Below, piece after piece: positions 8,557-15,769 of a stretch of DNA of 37,706 bases; the first letter of the stretch is position 1, and each line of letters begins with the position of its first letter. The DNA lies in IMG/VR virus record IMGVR_UViG_3300034170_000024, positions 66,117-103,822 of that record; one strand, given 5' to 3'. The notes under the pieces are model-generated. The model was given only the letters and a program-made list of their open reading frames with translations, searched no databases and was not told the DNA's origin. This stretch comes from a virus. Its lineage: Duplodnaviria > Heunggongvirae > Uroviricota > Caudoviricetes. The position numbers and the translations under genes were made by a program.

Positions 8557-8715
8557 ATGAATAACAAGTATCGCGTAGTAATGACTGATTCGGTTAACGG
8601 TGAACGTTTCACATTTGCGGTTGTATACCATGCAGCTAACGCAAATGTCGCCGGACATATGGCTATGTCTGAGTGGGACAACTTGACAATTGTTGAAACT
8701 CGCCGGGTGTTCTAA
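8557..8715 (+). CDS. early hypothetical protein (52 aa)
   Basis: Manually translated MNNKYRVVMTDSVNG...; AGGAG RBS. Confidence 0.7.
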   Translation: MNNKYRVVMTDSVNGERFTFAVVYHAANANVAGHMAMSEWDNLTIVETRRVF

Positions 8716-8717
8716 AT

Positions 8718-9020
8718 ATGTTTGTAAGGAAATCAAAGTTTGATGCAGTACAGCGACAACGCGAAGTTAATGCTAATGCTTACTGGCAGTTGCAACGCGA
8801 GTATCACGCGCTAGATAATAAGCATGATGAACTAGTCGAACGTCTGAACAACCTTGTCAGAAAGGTTAACGACAACGGTGGTGTTGAAATGATCGGTAAA
8901 CGTTCTCAGTTTACAGACTCAGAACTTCGAAGCCTGTTGCAACTGGTACACCCTGACAAACATGATGGTAAAGAAAGCGCGAAAATTCTTACCCAAAAAA
9001 TTAACCAATTGAGAGCTTGA
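8718..9020 (+). CDS. coiled-coil protein with minimal C-terminal J-domain (HPD motif)
   Basis: LRSLLQLVHPDKHDG...TQKINQLR = helix II-HPD-helix III of DnaJ-type J-domains. Confidence 0.65.
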   Translation: MFVRKSKFDAVQRQREVNANAYWQLQREYHALDNKHDELVERLNNLVRKVNDNGGVEMIGKRSQFTDSELRSLLQLVHPDKHDGKESAKILTQKINQLRA

Positions 9021-9022
9021 CC

Positions 9023-9361
9023 ATGAAAACTTCCGAAGTACTGACTAAAGCAAAAGAACTCATTGCAACACCTGACAAATGGTATCAAGGCGACTATACA
9101 AACAATAACGGCTGTTTTTGTGCATTGGGTGCAATCGGTGAAGTTTCTTTAAAATCTGATTCTGTTGATGTATGGTATTACGGTTTTGCAAGTGAAAGTA
9201 AAGCGGGAACGCTTTTACGTAAAGTTGTTGACAGTTACATGATTGAAAACGGATACCGCGATAGCACTACGTTTGCCGTATTCAATGACAACAATTCACA
9301 TGACGACGTTATGTCAGCTTTTGATAAAGCGATTGAACTGGCAAAAGCAGAAGAGGACTAA
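9023..9361 (+). CDS. early hypothetical protein (CFCALGAI motif)
   Basis: ORF track 9017..9361; ATG start at 9023. Confidence 0.75.
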   Translation: MKTSEVLTKAKELIATPDKWYQGDYTNNNGCFCALGAIGEVSLKSDSVDVWYYGFASESKAGTLLRKVVDSYMIENGYRDSTTFAVFNDNNSHDDVMSAFDKAIELAKAEED

Positions 9362-9374
9362 CTAAGGTTCTAAA

Positions 9375-9390
9375 GGTTCCACGTGGAACA
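9375..9390. promoter_or_regulatory. parS: parS-like site 1
   Basis: GGTTCCACGTGGAACA (reverse complement TGTTCCACGTGGAACC); intergenic; matches canonical chromosomal parS consensus. Confidence 0.85.
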
Positions 9391-9426
9391 AAGCCCGCAA
9401 TCTTAATGGTTGACGGGCTTTTCTTT
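9391..9426 (+). terminator. intrinsic terminator overlapping a promoter -35 box
   Basis: AAGCCCG-caatc..ggttg-a-CGGGCTT-ttcttt; TTGACG(9410)-N17-TAGAAT(9433) overlaps it. Confidence 0.75.
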
Positions 9427-9536
9427 CGTCTGTAGAATGTGTTTCATGGTGTGGGGTTTGGCACGAGACAAACGGGGAGGGTGGACGATACATTATCAAT
9501 CTCTATCGATTAGTCTAAAGCTATAGATTTTATTCA

Positions 9537-9565
9537 TTGTACTACTTATCTAAAGGCTGTAGAAT
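9537..9565 (+). promoter_or_regulatory. sigma70-type early promoter
   Basis: TTGTAC-N17-TAGAAT, TCTAAAG in spacer. Confidence 0.75.
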
Positions 9566-9597
9566 TACTACATCAGAACAAACAACGAGTAACCAAT

Positions 9598-9960
9598 ATG
9601 AACAAATTGTGGAAATTCACCAGCGACGAAAAGAAACAAATTCGTCAAGCTGCTTTAAAAGCTACAGGTTTGAAGAGGGTGAGTTTGCAACCCGGTCAGC
9701 GTGTGTCGTTGGTGAATCAGGAACATGCCACATCAAATAACCTTCTAATGGTTGACGATGATCCAACCTTCATATTTAACAAGTCCGACCTGTGGTCAGC
9801 AGAGGATTGGAAGTGGACCTGTAAGGGTGTAGAACTGACAGCAGATGGTCGGGCATTCCTTGACATTTATGTTTACAGTGTGGGTGAATATGGTGAGCTT
9901 CAATTGAACATCGGTGTTTACTATGCTGATGGTAAGATTCAAAAAATATTCAATAATTGA
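9598..9960 (+). CDS. early hypothetical protein
   Basis: ORF track; downstream of promoter. Confidence 0.8.
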   Translation: MNKLWKFTSDEKKQIRQAALKATGLKRVSLQPGQRVSLVNQEHATSNNLLMVDDDPTFIFNKSDLWSAEDWKWTCKGVELTADGRAFLDIYVYSVGEYGELQLNIGVYYADGKIQKIFNN

Positions 9961-9970
9961 AAAATAAGTG

Positions 9971-9998
9971 TTGACGGTGTGGTTTGTTCCTGTAGAAT
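9971..9998 (+). promoter_or_regulatory. sigma70-type early promoter
   Basis: TTGACG-N16-TAGAAT. Confidence 0.8.
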
Positions 9999-10057
9999 AG
10001 ACCACATAAAGAAGCAAAACAGCTTCTTAAGTTAACAACTTCTCTAAAGGTGATAGA

Positions 10058-10531
10058 ATGAACGTAATGACCGAAGCACACAAAGCAGTCAAAGCAGTAT
10101 TGACTAATGCTCCTGTCGGTGTTACGTTGAACTATCGCTCTCTGTTGAAAGCAGCACTTACCGACATGCATAGGAAGAATAAAGAAATGAAACCAACTAA
10201 AACCTTGACAGTAGATCAAATGTTTGCAATCAAACACTTCGAAGATTGCATCGCTCGTACCCTTGAGCAGTTCGAAAAGTTGGGTGTTAATGATTACTAT
10301 GTCGCACTGGCAAACAATGTAGAATTGAACGATTACACACTGTTGCAACACAAAGATGTAAATGATAAACAATCTCCATTGGGTTGGGCAACATACAGCA
10401 CTGCAATCGTAACCAGTCCAGCACAAGCAGACGAATATGTAAAGGCTTTCCCCGGCACTTGCAAGCTCCATGCCCAAACGCACCTTTCGAATGTCATTCA
10501 ATCTTTCCGCGACATGCTGGAAAACGTTTAA
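10058..10531 (+). CDS. early hypothetical protein
   Basis: ORF track; AAGGTG RBS. Confidence 0.8.
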   Translation: MNVMTEAHKAVKAVLTNAPVGVTLNYRSLLKAALTDMHRKNKEMKPTKTLTVDQMFAIKHFEDCIARTLEQFEKLGVNDYYVALANNVELNDYTLLQHKDVNDKQSPLGWATYSTAIVTSPAQADEYVKAFPGTCKLHAQTHLSNVIQSFRDMLENV

Positions 10532-10538
10532 ATAAAGG

Positions 10539-10568
10539 TTGTACAGGGCATTCGAATCATAGTAGAAT
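10539..10568 (+). promoter_or_regulatory. sigma70-type early promoter
   Basis: TTGTAC-N18-TAGAAT, AATAAAGG upstream. Confidence 0.65.
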
Positions 10569-10595
10569 GCTCTAACACAAACAAAGGGTAATATC

Positions 10596-10703
10596 ATGTC
10601 ACGTACATTCCGCGACTTGTTCTCTAAAGAACTGATTACATCGACTAAAGCGACTAACAAGTATGTCAGCGAATGGCGTGACACCACAAAAGGAAAGAAA
10701 TGA
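10596..10703 (+). CDS. 35-aa basic peptide
   Basis: Manually translated MSRTFRDLFSKELIT...; AAGGG RBS; ATGA overlap with next gene. Confidence 0.6.
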   Translation: MSRTFRDLFSKELITSTKATNKYVSEWRDTTKGKK

Positions 10704-10945
10704 TGAACCTCGAAAACACTGTAAGCGTATACGGTCATGTTTTCACCTTGAACGTGGCGGTAAAAGATGGGTTGGACTGGACTGGTAAAGCTCCTAAATT
10801 TGTGCACTATTGCCTGATTCAATTGGGTGATGATAAAATACAAGCATGGTGCAAAGCCGAACGCATTAAACAGCTTATGGGTGACGACTACAAATTCACC
10901 TTTTGTGCAACCCCTAAAGTTGGATCATATAGCGAAGATATTTAA
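10700..10945 (+). CDS. early hypothetical protein
   Basis: ORF track. Confidence 0.7.
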   Translation: MMNLENTVSVYGHVFTLNVAVKDGLDWTGKAPKFVHYCLIQLGDDKIQAWCKAERIKQLMGDDYKFTFCATPKVGSYSEDI

Positions 10946-10954
10946 AGAAAATGC

Positions 10955-10982
10955 TTGTATAGTTCTCTAAAGGCTGTAGAAT
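10955..10982 (+). promoter_or_regulatory. sigma70-type early promoter
   Basis: TTGTAT-N16-TAGAAT, TCTAAAG in spacer. Confidence 0.75.
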
Positions 10983-11043
10983 AGAACACATAGGGAGGCA
11001 AGACAGCCTCCCAATCAAAAACTTCTCTAAAGGATACAACAGC

Positions 11044-11256
11044 ATGAACTTCTTCTCAGGTATCGCACTGATCTTCGTTCTGATTATGGCAACTGTTCAA
11101 TTCGCTCCTGTTGTTGGTGACCACTACCGTGCAAAAGAAGCAGCTGCAAACGCTGTTGTATTCAAAGAACAACAACACCAGCAAGCGATTAAGAACTGCG
11201 CAGAAGGCAAAGCCTCTTACATCATGTACGATGGCAAAACCTGCAAAACTAACTAA
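11044..11256 (+). CDS. small membrane-anchored/secreted protein
   Basis: N-terminal hydrophobic segment; AAGGA RBS. Confidence 0.75.
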   Translation: MNFFSGIALIFVLIMATVQFAPVVGDHYRAKEAAANAVVFKEQQHQQAIKNCAEGKASYIMYDGKTCKTN

Positions 11257-11272
11257 TGTTCCACGTGAAACA
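11257..11272. promoter_or_regulatory. parS: parS-like site 2
   Basis: TGTTCCACGTGAAACA, exact canonical parS 16-mer, immediately after a stop codon, intergenic. Confidence 0.9.
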
Positions 11273-11283
11273 GGGTTAATGAA

Positions 11284-11535
11284 ATGGGTAAGACAATCAA
11301 GCACGAAGTTTTGACAAGCAAACTGGCTTTATCAGAATGCACCGATGGGTTCTGGCTCTATGATGAAACACGTGGTATGAATCTCGCCATGCGTGCAAAG
11401 ACAGAACGAGATGCATTTGTACAAGCTTTAGGGTATTATCAAAACCGTTTGAAAGATATCGAAAGCGCTCATAACTGCTTAACCAAACGTGTTAACGAAT
11501 TCGTAAGCCAGTTTACAGAAGAAGACGAAGAATGA
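11284..11535 (+). CDS. early hypothetical protein
   Basis: ORF track. Confidence 0.75.
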   Translation: MGKTIKHEVLTSKLALSECTDGFWLYDETRGMNLAMRAKTERDAFVQALGYYQNRLKDIESAHNCLTKRVNEFVSQFTEEDEE

Positions 11536-11786
11536 TTTATATTGAAAGTCACGGTAGCAAGTCAGACGCTCTAAGCTTCGAAGTATTGCAGCACCCGGAA
11601 CACGACAAATTTTGTGTTCAATACTACAACGAAGAAAGAAAAGGTTCATGGTTTGGTTGGTGTGATGAGATTGAAACACCTCGAAAACACATTGATAAAC
11701 AACTGACTTTGTTCAAAGAAATTTATGGAGATATGAAAGCAAATGAACAATGTTCAAATGTTAAAACGCAAGTACATAATGCGTAA
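11532..11786 (+). CDS. early hypothetical protein
   Basis: ORF track; ATGA overlap. Confidence 0.7.
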   Translation: MIYIESHGSKSDALSFEVLQHPEHDKFCVQYYNEERKGSWFGWCDEIETPRKHIDKQLTLFKEIYGDMKANEQCSNVKTQVHNA

Positions 11787-11880
11787 GTGGATTGACCCAC
11801 GCGTTACACCTGACCGGGTTGAACTCTATAGAAAGCTGTTAGCTCATAGACTCACATTCAACCCAAGTCGATTACCGTAA
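11779..11880 (+). CDS. 33-aa hypothetical peptide
   Basis: Manually translated MRKWIDPRVTP...; ends at terminator. Confidence 0.45.
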   Translation: MRKWIDPRVTPDRVELYRKLLAHRLTFNPSRLP

Positions 11881-11903
11881 GCCCCTTAATTGGGGCTTTC
11901 TTT
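11879..11903 (+). terminator. intrinsic terminator
   Basis: AAGCCCC-ttaatt-GGGGCTT-tcttt. Confidence 0.85.
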
Positions 11904-11917
11904 CGTCTAAAATAAAG

Positions 11918-11948
11918 CTGTACAGTTATTCAAATTCTGTTATATAAT
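11918..11948 (+). promoter_or_regulatory. sigma70-type promoter
   Basis: AATAAAG-CTGTACA...TATAAT; no ORF directly downstream. Confidence 0.55.
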
Positions 11949-12148
11949 TATCTTACCGGTGAGGATCGGAGGCAATCACCGACCGATCCTGTAATAAAGT
12001 GTTGGCACGTTATTTTCCCGAAGCATTGTCTAATGTTGGCACGCATCTTGGTACGACGTTTTAAACACAAAGACATAGCAGTATCAGGCTTTAGTTTATC
12101 GTCGCTGTAATCGCGTTATAGAGCCTTATAGAGCATTGAAAATAAAAC

Positions 12149-12176
12149 TTGCATACTTGTCTAAAAGGTATAGAAT
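12149..12176 (+). promoter_or_regulatory. sigma70-type early promoter
   Basis: TTGCAT-N16-TAGAAT, TCTAAA in spacer. Confidence 0.75.
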
Positions 12177-12215
12177 GATCTTAACGAAACGACTTAACCA
12201 ACTAGGAATACTGAC

Positions 12216-12443
12216 ATGAACCTTCAAGAATCGAAAGTCCTCTCAATCGCTGAAGTTAAAGCCAAAGCTGTAGAATTCCACTACGATTGCGAATTGTCGG
12301 AATTTGAACTGGATGTCATGATTGGTCTGTATAACACTCTTGGTTATGATCGTGAAACAGTTATCAAAATGTGCAACGAGCAAGATGGTTTGGTAGTTTC
12401 AGACGATACCTTGTCCGCTTTTAATCGCACGATTGATCGTTAA
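12216..12443 (+). CDS. early acidic hypothetical protein
   Basis: ORF track; AGGA RBS. Confidence 0.75.
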   Translation: MNLQESKVLSIAEVKAKAVEFHYDCELSEFELDVMIGLYNTLGYDRETVIKMCNEQDGLVVSDDTLSAFNRTIDR

Positions 12444-12459
12444 TTATCTAAATAAAAGC

Positions 12460-12488
12460 TTGTACCTTTGTCTAATCATCGGTACAAT
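12460..12488 (+). promoter_or_regulatory. sigma70-type early promoter
   Basis: TTGTAC-N17-TACAAT. Confidence 0.7.
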
Positions 12489-12536
12489 ACATTTAACGAA
12501 ACGGGGAATGTCTCCCCACTTTTCTAAAGGTGTATC

Positions 12537-12698
12537 ATGATTAAGTCTTGCCCTTGCTGCAATCAAACTTTCACCAGCGGTACAGGTTTTGTTGCCGATG
12601 TCTACAGCGACGGGCAAGAACTAGAATATTGTTCTGCTGAGTGTGCCGAACATCTTTCGGATGAATATCAAGAACATCTTGACAGTTATGAGGCTTAA
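12537..12698 (+). CDS. small Cys-rich (TRASH/MYM-like metal-binding) protein, 53 aa
   Basis: Manually translated MIKSCPCCNQTF...YCSAEC...; AAGGTG RBS. Confidence 0.65.
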   Translation: MIKSCPCCNQTFTSGTGFVADVYSDGQELEYCSAECAEHLSDEYQEHLDSYEA

Positions 12699-12700
12699 TC

Positions 12701-12850
12701 ATGAAATACTTATCGAAAGAAGGTCACGTAAAAATGGCACTTGCAGCAAACAAACAAATAATTCTGGATGCAAAGCGTAACCTGTGGACGCTTGTCGCTT
12801 GTGGTCGAATTAGTCGCGATAGTCATATGTTAATGGCTCGTGAAGCATAA
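12701..12850 (+). CDS. hypothetical protein (49 aa)
   Basis: Manually translated MKYLSKEGHVK...; GAGG RBS; followed by terminator. Confidence 0.6.
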   Translation: MKYLSKEGHVKMALAANKQIILDAKRNLWTLVACGRISRDSHMLMAREA

Positions 12851-12859
12851 GCAAAATAG

Positions 12860-12882
12860 AGCCCCTTTCGAGGGGCTTTCTT
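12860..12882 (+). terminator. intrinsic terminator ending the early region
   Basis: AGCCCCT-TTCG-AGGGGCT-ttctt. Confidence 0.85.
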
Positions 12883-13359
12883 GTATGTCGCATATCTATA
12901 CGTTTATGTCAAGATATGGTCTAGTCATAATCGATTGTTTATGAGTATAATGCTCTTATCTTCTGTGGTAGCTACCACAGTGAGTATAGAGAGAGGGAGG
13001 GGGATAAACTCCCCTCCTAAAGAAGTATAATATTATGTTGTATACAACATAGATAACAGATAGTATATCAGGTTATCAAACAGGGTAGTAACCCCTGTTC
13101 CCTCCTACCCTATGCTATGCATAGCGGCTATAAGCTCCTACAGTACCCCTCATTGCAACGCAATAAACATACCCTACCGTGTGCATAGCACACAATACAA
13201 CATCTCTCTGAAAGCCTTACAGACCATGGCTTACAGCCATAAGCATATAACAAACCATGTCGTTTAACGACATAATAGTACCTATTCACATATAAGGCTA
13301 TTCGAGGGTATAGCGTACACACCTGTGGGTGGGTTAAGCGTCCCTCTCTAGTTCCCTAT

Positions 13360-13375
13360 TGTTCCACGTGGAACG
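13360..13375. promoter_or_regulatory. parS: parS-like site 3
   Basis: TGTTCCACGTGGAACG; non-coding region. Confidence 0.85.
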
Positions 13376-13463
13376 GATACAAATTACCCTGTATAACAGG
13401 GGATAAATAATATTCGATATCATTCTCACATAGATACATTTCGAGGGTAATGTTCAATAAAAG

Positions 13464-13493
13464 GTGTACATTCGGTTTACTATGGTGTATTAT
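13464..13493 (+). promoter_or_regulatory. possible early-type promoter pointing into the convergent region
   Basis: AATAAAAG-GTGTACA...TATTAT, same upstream pattern as promoters at 10539/11918/12460. Confidence 0.45.
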
Positions 13494-13890
13494 GTGTCAT
13501 AGGTGAAAGGTTCGTGCAATGCGGACATATGTAGTCATTTGCCTAGTCTCCTGTTGTGGTTGTCCCCTGTGCATACAGGGTAGGGGGATGCGCATTACGT
13601 ATAACGAGTATTATGTTAAATCCCTTTTAATGCTTATCATTCATAGCTTACATGCATACTTGAATGCATATGTCAACAATCATATGGCTAGGGATCACAT
13701 ATCATAGATGGGTGCCTATGTCTAGGGATTTTAGGATTATCAGACGGGTGGTGGTCTGCCAGAAGTCCGGGGCGTTAAACACCTCAGATCAATATCTGGT
13801 TAAAAAGAGTAGAGGGATTATCGGGGAGTAGGATTTTGGGAAGGGTTGTAATTGGGGAAGTCAAAAATAGGGGGAATTGAATTTTTGGGC

Positions 13891-13921
13891 AAAAAGAAGC
13901 CCCAGCTTATTAGGCTAGGGC
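13891..13921 (-). terminator. intrinsic terminator of the minus-strand block
   Basis: GCCCTAGC-ctaataa-GCTGGGGC-ttcttttt on the minus strand. Confidence 0.75.
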
Positions 13922-13927
13922 GATTGT

Positions 13928-14137
13928 TTATTGTTGTGTAACGATTAGTTCAACTTGATCGAGTGAGTTGGTTTCACCATTGCCGTCAAATGATGTTCTG
14001 AGTACGTGTCCTACTTCAACTACTTTGTAGCGTCTGTCTCTGTAATAGATCATTTCACCAACTGTTGGGTGAGTACTAGCTACATATCTGAATGATGGAT
14101 CGTTACCAAGTGGGTGTACTTTGATTTGGTATTTCAT
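13928..14137 (-). CDS. hypothetical protein
   Basis: ORF track; ATGA coupling. Confidence 0.7.
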   Translation of the reverse strand: MKYQIKVHPLGNDPSFRYVASTHPTVGEMIYYRDRRYKVVEVGHVLRTSFDGNGETNSLDQVELIVTQQ

Positions 14138-14424
14138 ATACTCTCCAGTTCATGTTCCATTACTTCGAATGCTGCACCTTCGATTGAAGGGTATGGTTGC
14201 CAGTGGCTTACAAGGTATAGTGGATTGATTGAGTATCCGTTGCTATTCCATAGTTCCCATGTTGACCAACCTTCTGAGTCGATATTGTTTAGTCTTGCTG
14301 AGTACACTTGTCGCAGTGGTTTCTTCTGTCTGTCATACCAGTCACCTAGATTACGGTCTTGGATAACGAGTGCCCAAGTACCGATTGGTGGCAGTTCGTC
14401 TAGAACGCTGATCCATTTAGTCAT
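14134..14424 (-). CDS. DUF551-like protein
   Basis: MTKWISVLDELP...VSHWQPYP signature. Confidence 0.7.
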   Translation of the reverse strand: MTKWISVLDELPPIGTWALVIQDRNLGDWYDRQKKPLRQVYSARLNNIDSEGWSTWELWNSNGYSINPLYLVSHWQPYPSIEGAAFEVMEHELESI

Positions 14425-14597
14425 TATCGTTTTCCTAACAGTTGTTTAATTTGTTCTAGGTCATGTGCTTTTTGTTTTAACCAGTTGATTTGACCGATTG
14501 CTGTTTGGATTGCCACAACCACTTCAGGTAGTTCAGCTAGTCGTGCAATGTGGATGACACGAGTTAGTTCGTGTTCCCATGGTTCTCTATCTGACAT
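14424..14597 (-). CDS. hypothetical protein (57 aa)
   Basis: Manually translated MSDREPWEHEL...; AGGAG RBS. Confidence 0.7.
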   Translation of the reverse strand: MSDREPWEHELTRVIHIARLAELPEVVVAIQTAIGQINWLKQKAHDLEQIKQLLGKR

Positions 14598-14615
14598 TAG
14601 AACTCCTTAAAACAC

Positions 14616-14843
14616 TTAAAACCACCGAGTGTCTTCGTGTACGCTGAAGTTGTTGTATTCAGGGTATTTGTCACCTACGTATTCACGTAGTTCATGTTCG
14701 TTTCCTGCCCAAACACCTACGTTGTTATTCTCAAGGATAACTGCATTATTTGCATCATAAACCGTCAATGTTTGTTCACTGTATGAACAGCACTCACAAG
14801 GTTCTTCGTAGTTATCGTATTCGTATTTGATCACATATTTCAT
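14616..14843 (-). CDS. hypothetical protein
   Basis: ORF track. Confidence 0.7.
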   Translation of the reverse strand: MKYVIKYEYDNYEEPCECCSYSEQTLTVYDANNAVILENNNVGVWAGNEHELREYVGDKYPEYNNFSVHEDTRWF

Positions 14844-15049
14844 TTCTTTTCTCCTATTACGTCAAGTAGGTTACTGTCACATTCATCAAATAGACATCTT
14901 GTGTAAGCGTTGTCGCCGTACATATTACTAAAGTTCCAGATTACTCTGTATGCGATTTGGTTCTGTGCATTGGTCTTGCATGATTGAATTACTTTCAATA
15001 CCTTTTCGTAGTCAATCAGTTTTTGATTCATTACGTTCATTACTTCCAC
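14840..15049 (-). CDS. hypothetical protein
   Basis: ORF track; start uncertain. Confidence 0.7.
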   Translation of the reverse strand: MEVMNVMNQKLIDYEKVLKVIQSCKTNAQNQIAYRVIWNFSNMYGDNAYTRCLFDECDSNLLDVIGEKK

Positions 15050-15216
15050 CCCATGAGTCCGTCCATGTCACCGTTCTCACGGAAGTAGTAGACTGGTGAG
15101 AATGCCTCATCTGCGTCTATGACATATACAGTGTATTGATTTCCATATTCCCAGAAGGCGTCACCATATTCGAAGTCGTCTAGATCATCCATTGTTTGTA
15201 CTATGTATTCTTTCAT
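15040..15216 (-). CDS. hypothetical protein
   Basis: ORF track 15040..15231; likely start MKEYIV. Confidence 0.65.
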   Translation of the reverse strand: MKEYIVQTMDDLDDFEYGDAFWEYGNQYTVYVIDADEAFSPVYYFRENGDMDGLMGWK

Positions 15217-15485
15217 GCTGCTTTCCACCATTTGTGTCGAGATACAGCTTGTTGGAATTGTTTGGCTGCTGCTTCTGCGGTTAGTTTGCAGCTATAGCTG
15301 ATTGTTACTTTACCCATCGTGTTTGCATCAACTCTGGCGTTTTTCCAGTGTTCTTTGAACAATGAAACTTCATCAGCTAGAGCTTTATGGTTAGTACCAA
15401 ATGTCTCTTTGTCGTATTCAAGTGTCCACGTGTGCATTTCGCTGTGTCTCATTGCTGTCTCCTGAGTGTACCGTTGTGGTTGCAT
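15213..15485 (-). CDS. hypothetical protein
   Basis: ORF track; probable start MRHSEM. Confidence 0.7.
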   Translation of the reverse strand: MQPQRYTQETAMRHSEMHTWTLEYDKETFGTNHKALADEVSLFKEHWKNARVDANTMGKVTISYSCKLTAEAAAKQFQQAVSRHKWWKAA

Positions 15486-15769
15486 TCGGTTAATTCGTAA
15501 CCTGCGTATTCTATATCTGGGATGGTGATGTTGTCAAACCATTCTCCTTCTTTTCTACGGCGTGAAAAGCGAGCGTGCAGGTATTGTTCTACTTCCAGAG
15601 CGGATGCATCGAGTGTTTGCCAGCACTTCATTATACGGATTTGACAACCGGATGCAAGTTCCAATTGTCGTTTCCGTATTAGTGGGTTTTTAGCTATACC
15701 GATTTTGTTTAGGTTATTGCTGTTCTCCATGAGATACAGGCGTTGAGTGTTTCTCAACGATGTTGACAA
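15449..15769 (-). CDS. GIY-YIG nuclease family protein (T5orf172-like)
   Basis: YLME...KIGIAKNP..RKRQL...E..LH.RF...R.EGEWF. Confidence 0.8.
   Translation of the reverse strand: MSTSLRNTQRLYLMENSNNLNKIGIAKNPLIRKRQLELASGCQIRIMKCWQTLDASALEVEQYLHARFSRRRKEGEWFDNITIPDIEYAGYELTECNHNGTLRRQQ

Larger units (their letters stand above)
12880..13750. repeat. non-coding region dense in short palindromes and hairpins
   Basis: e.g. CTGTGGTAGCTACCACAG 12963-12980, ATGTTGTATACAACAT 13035-13050, several 5-7 bp stems with 3-nt loops. Confidence 0.7.

Noticed and set aside
9950-10843. 297-aa minus-strand ORF across the early region
   Set aside because: Antisense to well-supported + strand genes and promoters; the sequence looks non-protein-like.
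2035-13430. DnaA boxes in the non-coding tracts (GTATCCACG at about 2039, CTATTCACA at about 13282)
   Set aside because: Single, mismatched and not clustered; consistent with chance.
13128-13707. ORFs 13128..13322 (-) and 13519..13707 (+)
   Set aside because: They cross palindrome-rich non-coding DNA and look non-protein-like; 13519 has a weak possible RBS and promoter but no other support.
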